A stretch of DNA of 60,742 bases from Mesotaenium endlicherianum. Its lineage: Eukaryota. Below the pieces are notes generated by a model. The model was not told the origin of the DNA, made no database searches, and saw nothing but the letters and a program-made list of their open reading frames with translations. Positions within the stretch are counted from its first letter, which is position 1. Each line of letters begins with the position of its first letter. The stretch spans positions 1 to 60,742 of the forward strand of contig WELA01003361.1 in assembly GCA_009602735.1 (NCBI GenBank), given 5' to 3'. Positions 41,101 to 51,388 of the stretch are shown in pieces. The position numbers and the translations under genes are program-made.

Positions 41101-41540
41101 TCAAATGCATACTTCGCCAAAAGCATGCTCGCAGAGGTTTTTATTCCAGTTCTTAAGAAAGTGCAAAAGAATATAGCTGCTCACAATTTACATCTGCCAG
41201 AAACTAGATGGCTTTGACGATGGCGTTGATGAGCATCTGCATAGCAGACTGCAGCTGGACCACTCATAGCAGTACATGTCTCAATTTAGTAATGGATCAC
41301 TATAAGCATGACGAAGCTGCTTTCAAAGCACGCTGAATGGAGGAGCTCAAAGCACAACTCTACGTTTAAAGAATTTGAGCTCCTCCACCTAAAATTGGTA
41401 CTGGCTCCCCTATGTGAAACACATTTACTGGATTTAGGCAAATTACCTTCATGGTTCTGTGCGGATCGGGTAGTCACCGCCTGAGCTAAAGACAATGGTT
41501 GCCTGAGTAAGAAAGGTCTGGATAAGCTTATAACCGCCAT
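32186..41540 (-). CDS. Riboflavin synthase (alpha chain), plastid-targeted
   Basis: Exons 41540-41389 (donor uncertain), 40927-40797 (..RAIFTG), 39700-39603 (IVEEMGRV..), 38601-38529 (LGDSIAVNGTCLTV), one or more exons missing and presumably in the 36749-37559 gap, 35838-35731 (GHVDGTG..YIVPK), 35179-35126 (GYIAVDGTSLTV), 34014-33927 (FMLVAYTQ..GDRVNL), 32307-32186 (EVDIVGKYVERM). Confidence 0.93.
32270..32600 (-). repeat. Three imperfect tandem copies of the riboflavin synthase last-exon acceptor region, interleaved with (CACAGC)n
   Basis: cctctgccacaag recurs at ~32305, ~32444 and ~32550. Each copy has a homologous exon-start stretch on one side and aggcacagcc/aagccacagcc on the other. Confidence 0.8.
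34027..34340. repeat. Compound microsatellite (CA)n-(TA)n-[gap 34127-34277]-(GA)n
   Basis: Seen directly, in a riboflavin synthase intron. Confidence 0.95.
35640..35712. repeat. (GA)n microsatellite next to a riboflavin synthase donor site
   Basis: Seen directly; single N at 35716. Confidence 0.95.
36749..37559. other. Assembly gap likely hiding a riboflavin synthase exon
   Basis: N run. The conserved (G)LAPETL..VNLER..GGHxVQ segment is absent from the visible sequence, and the flanking exon phases (1 and 0) do not join directly. Confidence 0.85.
38026..38101. repeat. (CT)n microsatellite
   Basis: Seen directly. Confidence 0.95.
39270..39570. repeat. Degenerate ATGCAC/GCACTT/GCACAC low-complexity repeat next to a donor site
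   Basis: Dense array of gcac-based motifs. Confidence 0.85.
39783..40070. repeat. Degenerate ~21-30 bp minisatellite (GCAGACCAGATAGAGGAAGGTCA-like)
   Basis: About ten imperfect copies of gaccagat(a/t)gaggaaggtc. Confidence 0.8.
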
Positions 41541-41989
41541 GTTACTCCGTCTAAAGGACGAACTGGCCAGTAACAGCAGCAACTTACGCTTTGATGCACC
41601 ACTTATACAGCACTCTCAGTGTAAATGCGTGCTAACTATCACAGAAGAATGTTCCTCTCGTTCCGGGGACCCATGCAGTCCAATTGAATTGCAGTCTACT
41701 TCGCAACGTTCCAAATAGCGAGCAGGCGTAGGCGACTTCCAACAACAAAAGTTGTCTCGTTTTGCGACATAAAGCGCCAGAAAGTGTCGCTGAGCCAATA
41801 ATGCTTGTTTATAGAATGATAATATCTTCACACTTCCTTCATGCCAATATCACTATGTTACTTTAAATGAACACGGTCATGAAGACTCTGTTTATCATTC
41901 GATATGGCTTCTTACTACAACAATCTTTAAATGGTAAGAAAAGTGGGTCTTTGAAATCAATGCAACTAAAACTTACAACAATCGGAGAC

Positions 41990-43030
41990 ATTCTCAAAGG
42001 TATTTTGAGAGAACCAGCCCATAGATACCGAAGTCTAAATTAGTGGCTACTGGAGTCTTCATTAGTGGCTTGATGGGCCTCTTGTAGCTTCCATTCATGT
42101 GCAATATCAGATAGCCTTCCACCAGATTCTTTGAAAAAGATTGGTACATGTAAATAGGTCTTTTTTTCAGGTTCAATGTGTCCTTGTGGTCGAGTAATTA
42201 GGTCTAGCTTTTGGAGCAGCCATGTTTGGACTGGTGCGTAGGTTCAAGTTTATTTGTGTCAGTTCGTAGCTTTCACCAACTATAGTGCAATATGCCTGTT
42301 CTATATATCTTGCCACACCTTATAGGCAATTGCAAGTAAAGTCTGATGTATTAGCACCTGCCATACACACTTTGTTACATAGTGGATCATGCGTTGCATC
42401 TCCCCATCTCTCTGCACTTCAACTCCTCAGTCAGCATTCAGCTTCAAAAGTTTCAACCAGTCTATAAATTTTTTTGCATCAAAGCTCTTGTTGGGCTTCA
42501 TAAGACGTACTTAAGAAGACTGCATGAAGCCATTCAGTTTTTTTAATCATATCTCATCAATTTATGTACGAGCATCATGTAATACCTCGTCTTGCAACCT
42601 CTTTAATTCCTCTATGAAGATCCTGCACCAGTTCAGATTAAGCCCAACAGCTGCATGCCAAGCTTCATGCATTAGTTCTTGTACAAAGCATGCGACCACA
42701 TTCAACCTATCATCCCAAATGTAATTTGTTTGAAGTATGCCAATCTGGTCGAGTTAATGGACCCTCGCAATTTAGGTCAGGGACACACATTGCCTCCCAT
42801 CATGTAGGTTTCTATTAGCTGACTCCTTTTCAATCTCATCAATGCTGTTGGATATGTGAGTGCAACATTACTGTTGCACAAAAAACAGCTAATCCATCTC
42901 TGCTGAATGAGTCCAAATAATTGATGTACTTGTGTGCGTATCTGTAAAATATCTTCAACGTATCTTGATAGATGACATATCTTGTTCATTGTAACACGAC
43001 TGACTCGGACATCACTGGAACCATACATGG
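41990..43030 (-). mobile_element. Possible highly decayed DNA-transposon (Mutator/SWIM-like) coding relic
   Basis: AT-rich, CpG-poor, stop-riddled but coding-like peptides on -: DDRLNVVACFVQELMHEAWHAAV, LKYVLMKPNKSF, DFTCNCL* (SWIM-like CxC). No TIR or TSD identified. Confidence 0.3.
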
Positions 43031-44136
43031 CAGCTATAATTTTAATTGATCAGCACAACAATATTCAAGCTAAATTCTGCCCTAATTATTGCTTGAAATG
43101 ACGTTTGAAAGGAGAGGAAGAGGAGAGGAATGACGAGCGCAAGTGCTCAAGCTTCTTGACTCTGGCTCGTCAGCACCGAGTCCACTCAGATGGCGGGTGG
43201 AGGAGAGGCGAGGTGAGAAAGAGCGAACGGAGCTCTCTCCACGCCATTCCACATCTTCTCTGAGCTGGAGCAACAAGCAGACGACTGGAACGCGAGAACG
43301 CCCAACAGACAACAAATAGACCCCTTGAATGAGCCAGACACTTGGAAGTTAGCACGTCACACAGTCTGCTAGCATGCTTCCTCCAAATGCATTCTCACTT
43401 AACTCAGCCACGGAGTTAGGTCTTAAGATTCAACCAAAGGTGTGCACAAATAACCTCATTCCAAGCACAAATTTGAAGCCTACGCAGGACACCTTGAAGA
43501 CCCTACCTCGCCCCGTCATCAACATAATATTTAGCTGGAGCTACACTCGCATATCAAAAGTATTGTTGCAACTAGTGAGCAAGCCACATGGTTTTTGCAC
43601 AAACCTGTTTAGGCAGGCACTCACTCAACACAATATATACTGAGAGCATTGGAGGGCTGTCAAGCAACGGCGGCTGAAAAGAGGGCTGACTGATTGCATG
43701 GAACAAGCCATCAACTCTTATCCCTGGGGCATACTTAGCATGCAATCTTTGTGGTCTAACACTTGTGATTGAGGAGGGTAGAGGAGTGGGCTACCTGTAA
43801 AGGGAGGCAGTGATAAAGCACATCCTGGACAGGACAGCTCGGCCTCTCCAGCCACATCCCCTCTCCTCCGATGAATTGTCCCCATCGGAGCCCATTCAAG
43901 TAAACTTTGGCTGCATGCCATCAGGTGCAGTGATACTCCACTTGTATGGTCGAAAGTACCGCAAGCAGAAATGAGGCACGCAATACTTCGGGCATCTTAG
44001 TCACGGCCACCTGACATAATAAATATGGTGGGCAGTTCAAAAGATCGAAGACGGTCACTCTCTCGTTCAATGTGTCTGCACACGTAGTTGGCCTGACCTT
44101 CCAAGCACACCAGCTCCTTAAGTTCCAGCTGGCTCA

Positions 44137-44724
44137 TCAGTGATCCTTGGGGGGAATATAGATCTTTAAGAGAACTGCAAAGCCGAGCACTACAAGAGAC
44201 AAATATATGAGACCAAATGCTATCCTACATTTAAGCATCACATACAATCTCTTTGGTATACTTATAATTCTCTTGTTTCCTGTCTGGTTATGTAGACCCT
44301 CGTCAAAGAGGATGTCAGGTTGGGGTAGCTCCGGGCTGTTCACTGTGTCAGTCTGTGAGTTTGCGGTCAGACTGGCTTCAATGGTTTTGGATGGTAAAGG
44401 AACGTCAACATGAAATATCTCCTCAATCTGGTTGAGAGCTTCAACAGTAGATAAGCTGACCATGTCCATCACTTCAAGGGGCTTATTGGACTCTAATGTT
44501 GAGGTTAAGCTCTTGTCAAAAGACTGTTTGTCAGCTAAACCTGCCCCGCTCGCTGCCTCTAGCTCGTCCTTCTTCTTATCGTACACCTCCAGCTCCTCGT
44601 AATATGTATCCCAAATGCAGGGAGAACAACCACTTCCACAACAATCCCCAGGCAGAGGTTTTTCAGGTGGGGGGCCCAGCTCATTTGTTGAAGTCATACT
44701 CCCACTAGTGTGAGTATCGCACAT
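44137..44724 (-). CDS. Oxidoreductase-like N-terminal domain (Oxidored-like, OXLD1-type) protein with acidic linker and C-terminal transmembrane helix; intronless CDS
   Basis: Signature PPPEKPLPGDCCGSGCSPCIWDTYYEELEVY; C-terminal IAFGLIYLSLVVLGFAVLL. Start Met at 44724 or 44697. Confidence 0.85.
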   Translation of the reverse strand: MCDTHTSGSMTSTNELGPPPEKPLPGDCCGSGCSPCIWDTYYEELEVYDKKKDELEAASGAGLADKQSFDKSLTSTLESNKPLEVMDMVSLSTVEALNQIEEIFHVDVPLPSKTIEASLTANSQTDTVNSPELPQPDILFDEGLHNQTGNKRIISIPKRLYVMLKCRIAFGLIYLSLVVLGFAVLLKIYIPPKDH

Positions 44725-46000
44725 GTAAAAACTGCGCAGACGTTCAAAAAGAAGGTGTTGGCTATTGGACTTTAGGATCACGAGTACCACTCGACGACGA
44801 CGACCAATCACAATTTTCCCAGCTTCTCCTCATACCGTCATTTGTATCAAACATCCCTGAGCTAGTCTTACCCTTCTAGGAGTGGGTTGCAGCAATTGCC
44901 GACTGTTGACTATAGCTGTTGCACATGCACATTTCATTGATTTCGACGCATTTCGACGGGTGCCATGATGATCTATCAGGGTGCCATCAGGTGCCATGAT
45001 TCATCAAGTCCTCGATAAACCATTTGCGCGTGACGAGAGCCGAAGTCGAAGGGCAATAGAAGAGCAACAGCCGACGACACGTAGCCGACCTTTTGCCAAT
45101 TGTAGCATTCTATGATACGTGTCGATCCCTGAAGAGCTCTTCAGACTGCTACAGAGTGCTACAGACAAGTGCAGATGACGTAAAGCAGAGCAGGCCAGAG
45201 CAGTTGCAAACTCTCGAAGGATGTTGTACCCCGCTGTGCCGCGTTGTACCGCGCAGTACTCCGGGCCACTCCAGGCCCCCGGGTCATGTGGGTGTTGAAA
45301 GTGGTCGAAAGTGGTCGAAAGTGCTCGTCAAGGCCTGACAGATTCTGCGGTTTCATTTTGCGTGCTGAAGTGCAAGATGGTGCTCTCTAATTTGCTTTAC
45401 TTAATTCCCTGAGTCCTAGAGTTGTGGAATCGCTTCAGCTAGTACTCGTTTGCACGTTGGCGCTTTGTACAGCTCAAGGCCGCGTCATTTGTCAGGCAGA
45501 AGATAAAGAAGATGTGTATACTTTGCTTGACTTGTTAAAGATCTATTGCCATCTATCTAGGAGCGAGTTTTTCATAGTGCATATATTCAGCAACCACTAA
45601 ATGGCAGCTTTGGTTGGATATAAGTCACGCCAATTACTTCATCAATGAAGAAGGCCAGCTGTTCCATTTCCTCGGAACACACTTGTTTCATACAACTTAT
45701 TTTGTTTGGAGAGAACTACACTGACTTGAGTATCTTAAGTCTCGACTAGTGCTGATCAGGACTCCATCAAAGCTCAACCAACTCAGTCGCCGTATTGTGA
45801 GCGTCAACTCTACTCTTCTCTGAAGATTTTTACTCTACCGTGTTAACCTCTTACATAGTCATAGCTCGGATCACCTCCAGAAGAGAGTGTATTTCTAGGG
45901 CCTACGAGACTAGGACTTCGTCGTTGAGGGGACACAACAGATCGAGTCCGTATTGCCCACTTTAATACGTTGGAAAGAAAATATATAAAGGCTAGCAAGC

Positions 46001-49000
46001 ATGCCAGTGCCAGTTCTCGGGGCTGCCAGTGCTTTGGGAGTCATATCTTCCTCAGTTGCTGCAGTCTCGAGGGTATTCTTACTTTGTGGCTTTGGCGCTG
46101 TCCTTGCTCATCCTCGGATCAACATCTTGACTGCTGATGCACGGCAGCACTTAAATAAGGTACTTTACGCATGTAAGAAGTAAGTCTCCTTTTGAGTTCA
46201 GTCTGAGTGGTACGCATAAATTTAAGCATGAAGGTCAAGTACGTATGCTGATGGTGACTTATATGTTGGACAGTAAGTAAAAGAGGACCATACTCCGTTA
46301 CTACTACTTACTTCAGCGTGATTATGCAAAGCAGTGAGGAGATGTTCTCTAACTTTATGACTTACAGCAACCCTTGCTTCCTGTGTGCAGCTTGTCTTCG
46401 TCGTGTTTCTGCCCTCCCTCATTTTTGTCAAGCTTGGCGAAGCAGTTACATTCACAAAGATAATAGACTGGTGAAGAATCTTGAGCCCACATCTTCCTCT
46501 GCGACGTCCATCTGATTTTGTACAATGTATCCTTCAAGCTTGCGTTATTTTCTAATATTTGCATCTACGGGCTTCAGGTTTACATTCCCTTTTCACTGCC
46601 TCGGGGCCTGTTCTGTCATTCTTTCTGGCCATACTGCAATGTATCCTCATCTACTCAACTGCCTTGTGTGACAGGTGGTTTTTGCCCGTAAATGTCATCA
46701 TTGGGTGCTCAATCGGAGCTTCTATGGGCCTTTTGCTCAACCTTGTCGCAAAGACACCTGCACATCACAAGCGCTTAGTCATTGCTTGCTGCTGCATAGG
46801 CAGGTCCCCTCTGAAAACTCTCCCACTCTTGCTGCCTGGCTGGCCGCTCCTCCCCTCCTACTGTGTGCTGCATAGTCGCCCCCATTCCACTCGCATGGAG
46901 GCAATCACAGTTGTTTTTTTGTTCTCTGAGTCCTTGAAGTCCTCTAAGATACGTCCTCAGCAGCAGGAGCTGGAGTGACGTAATATTGCTACCCCGTCAT
47001 TGAGCATGTTTGCTGATTGCTGCCTGTTGCTTGGTGATTGGTGACGGCCGGTGCTGAGGGGGCATGGCATTTGCGAGTGTTGTGTTGAGCAGGCAACCTC
47101 GGAAATGTTCCGTACGTCCTCGTAGAAGCCATCTGCAGGGACGCTGAAAGCCCTCTCAGACTCGCCAACCCCGCGTCGTGCTCGACCACGGGCATAGCTT
47201 ATGTCTCCTACGGCATGTGGGTACGTGACCCGGCCGTCCACCGTCCTTCCTGTTCCTCAAAACTTCTAAGCCATGCCTTCCATCAGCGAGCGGTGCTGCT
47301 CATCTGCACTGTGGAAGTCTCGTGTGTCTGCTACTGAGATCTCCGCCAAGATGCCATTCTCGTCTCCCATTCTCGTCTGCCATCCTCGTCTGCCATCCTC
47401 GTCTGACATTCTCGTCTTCCTGGCTTGCATCTGCTTGTTCCGAGGCCGAGGTCCTCTGATCGCCACATGGCAGCGATCATGGGTGTGTACTCTCCGGTTC
47501 TGTGGTCCGTCGCGAGACTTCTCAGTTGTTGCACTACTTCTGCCGGCCGCAGCCAGGCCCACCTTTTTTTGAAGTTGGGATGTGAAATCCCGCTAGTGGC
47601 CGCAGGGTTCAACTATCGGTCAACTGTTGGTCAACTGTTGGTCAACTACTGGTCAAAGACATCATTCCCAGTGGATTGGGGGATTGGCCAATGGCCGTGG
47701 TTGGTCACATTGTGAACCTCCTTCCACAAAGTCTGATCAGTAAACCACCATGCAGCCGCCGCGGTCGACGGTTGGTCAACCAATGGTCAATGACATCGCC
47801 CCAAGTGGGCTGTGGGCGGCTGAGCGTGCGTATTGCAGATGGCTGTGGTTGTCATGTGGACCTTCATCTACAACCTTCTGAAGCCCTCAAATGCTGCAGG
47901 GAGCATTGCATACACCAAGGTCTCGCAAGAGCAGGAAGCCGGCAAAGACATCGAGCTGGCAGTTCCCAGCACCCGCCTCTCACCCACCACCTCCCCCGCG
48001 GGAAATGGATTCTCTGTGGGGAACGGCTTCGCTGGACATGTGGAGGGGGGGTTCGTAGAGCTGCCACTTGGCAGCTCGCCAGCCGTGCCTGCTGGCAACC
48101 CCGTAGAGGCCCTGCCAGTGAACTCTGCTGGTGCTTCGCCTGATGCGAAGGGAAATGCGGCAGGCTCACCTCGTTCTGATACAGCGGGCGGCAGCAATGC
48201 AGCCGAGGGCTCCAGAAGCGACAGCTCAACTCTGCGGCCGCCGCCGCCTGTCGCAGAGCCCCCTCGTGCGCGATTGGCCGACGATGACGCGGCAAATTTT
48301 GGATCTGATCATGCCTTCTCCGATGGCGAAGGAACGCGTGTGAGTCCTTGCTCTCTCCTTCATCTTGCTCTTCTGACTCTCGCTCTGTCCCCTCTTGTTG
48401 TACATCGGTGGAATGGCTCCAGTGTGTTGTTGGAAGTGGACTGCGTGCGGTGCTAGGCAGACTGGCTGCTCGACTGCGCCACTTGTTGTTCTGCTTGGCT
48501 CAGAGCCTTCAGTCGTTTCAGAACAGAAGAGGTCAGAGCTCCACACTCTGTGAAGATGCTGGCATGCCCGGAAGCGCCTCCCCTATATTACACATCTGCA
48601 GGGAACTGACTATCTGTCGGCGGTCAGTCTGTGGGCACCAGCATGATGCGTGCCAGTCGCACTCGCACTTTGCAAGCACAGCCCGCGATAGCTTCACTAG
48701 CTTCCTACGTTCTAGACTCCTTACTTCACCCCTTGAAGTGCAAATATCACACGTTCAGCACCGCCTCGCCAGCTAGCTGGGCGGCCGGGCAGCTGGGCGG
48801 CTTTTGTGGCTGCAAGGCTGGCTGACGATTGACGACAGGGGTTGCTGCTGCTGTCGTCGTGACGCCTGTGTTGCAGTGGGGCAGGTTTGCGGCCCAGGTC
48901 CAGGCGGGACCGCTCAAGTGGGGGTATCGAGTGCTTGTCAGCTGTCACATACGGGACATCTTCACCCCCCCCACGACTGCTGCTGTGAGTGCGCAAATAG

Positions 49001-51342
49001 TGCACACCTGCTGCTCACGGCCCGCGCCCGTGCCCGTGCCCGTCCCGTGCCCGTGCCCCGTGCCTGTGCTCCCTCTCAACCCTTGAAAACTCTCAACCCT
49101 TCGAAACTATCAACTGACCAGAATGAAGAGGGCAGGACCCTGAACCCAGCTGCTGACATCCCTAGGGCCCTCCGCTCGCCGTACGGCGCTGCTGCTGATG
49201 CCACTCACCGGCAGTTGGCAGCTGCATGGGAGCTGTTACAAAGAGAAGCTCTGCTCCCTTTGCACCGAGTGCCTTGAGCTTGGAGCTGCAGATGTGCCCA
49301 AATTATTAACCCTCATGCTGCACACATGCCATTGGAGACGTCACGACGGGTATCGCTTATCAGTAAGGCCGAGCACCAGGTTACTTGCACTGGGACACTT
49401 GCATTGGGCACTTGCACTGGGGATGATGGCACTTGGGACACGGGCCTGCAATGCTTGCCAGTGAAACCCGGGCTGGATGCTTGCACTGGGAACACTTGCC
49501 TGGGATACTCGCACTGGGGATACTCGCGCTGCTGTTTACTTGCCTTTGGTACCCGTCGTTCTTCTCTGCTAGTGCTGGCGCGCACACGCGGCTCCCAGGG
49601 GTATCTATCCGTGTCGCGCCTGCGCCCCTAGGCAGCAGACTCCCTGAGCTTGGACCCCAGCCTTATCCTGGCACCTTGCGGGCTCCTTAAACCCGAAACC
49701 TCTGGCTCGCTGTGGCACCGTGCGAGATTCTTGTAAGCCTCTGGCTTACTCTAGGAGTGTGCAAAGCTCTTCAAAGCCTAAGCCGCAGGCTCACTCTGGC
49801 ACCGTGCGAGCTCTTTAAACCCTAATTCGTGAAGCCTATGCCAACACTCTGCAAGCTCTTCAGACGGTAAGCGCTTGGCTTCCCCTAGCACCCTGCTCGC
49901 TCTCTCTGGATTCTTGGGCTCTGGCAAACGCCCTGAGCGTGGATGCCAGATCCGGCACCTCGCCAGTTCCTTCAACCTGAAGCTTCAAACATCTGCGCTT
50001 AAGACTCTGGCCCTAACCCTACCCTGGCACACCTTGGCAGTTCCCTTATGTCTAAGCCGCAAACCCATATCTTATTTCTGAACCACCCCCCACCCCCATT
50101 GTAAGCTCCCCTAATGCTCGTGGCCCTTGGCTCTCTCTTCCTGCCACCTGGAGGCCGCAGGGCATTCCACAAGCCCGCCGTGTGGCTGGCCCAGCTGGCT
50201 CTGAATGTTTGTGGCCACATGCCGTCGTGGCAACCTGAGCTTGCCCAGGGAGGAGGGGAAAGGGCAGGAGGGGAAAGGGCAGGGCACGCAACAGGCCGCT
50301 GTCCTGTGGTTCAGAAGGCCGAGTTTGCCTGCGGCAGTGTTGTAACGTGGGCACGATTGGGCCGGGGGCGGGGGGCTGCTTTCTGTGTGTCGGCTCCTGT
50401 TGAATTTCTCGGGGGTGCGCAGATGGCGGCGCTGGTGGTGGGCGCCATCCCCGCGCTCAAGGGGCTCTTTTTCGGGCCCCAGGCGCTGCTGCGCGTCCTC
50501 ACCGACGTGCTCAACATCCTAGGGTATGCTGCAGATGAGATGCCTGGTGCGTGAGGAGGGGCATGCTGAGTGGTTGCGATTCTCTTTAGTGCTATCTTTC
50601 ACACGTGCACGGGAGCATTCACGAGCATTCTTGCTCAACATTCTCGGGTATGCAAATGATGCCTGGCGAATTGAGGGGCTTGCTGAGTGTTCGCAATTCT
50701 CTTTAATGGTGTATTTTACGTGTGCATGTGAGCATTCACGAGCATTTCTGACACTAGGGCTTGGTGCCAGTTGGCCTACCTCCAGCGTGCACCTGCATGC
50801 CCCCAGCGTTGAGCTCAATCACCCTCACAATACGGGCTTCCATGTGTGCGTGCGTGCGTGTGTGTGTGCAGAATGGCAATGATCCCGTCCATGATGCTTG
50901 TGCTGGGCGGCAACCTCTCCCGAGGTACCCGGCCCATCGATCCACCTGCCTGACTCCTCCACTTCTTCTTCCTCTTCCTTTTCCTATCCGGTTTTGGCTC
51001 TCTCTCCGGTGGCAGCTGCTGGACGCATGGTGTTCTCCTTGAGAAGATATCTTGTCATGAGACTAGTCGAACGAGAGGCGTTGGCACAGAGGTGTAAGTC
51101 ATGGGGGCTCTGAGGTGCACCGGTTTCTGTCTGAGGGGTTTAAGGCACAGGGGTAAAAGCCACAGGGGTTCTATTTGTCACAGGGGTACGAGTTGCAGAA
51201 GATACAAGATAGAATATACTCAGGGGTTGCAGAATGTACACCAGGGTTGAAGGCATGCCGGTTTGAACAACAGGACTCTATTGTAGTGGGGAGGAGGGGG
51301 CACCTGGCAGGACCACACGGTTTGGTCCTGCATGCTTTTGAA

Positions 51343-51388
<46 letters not shown>

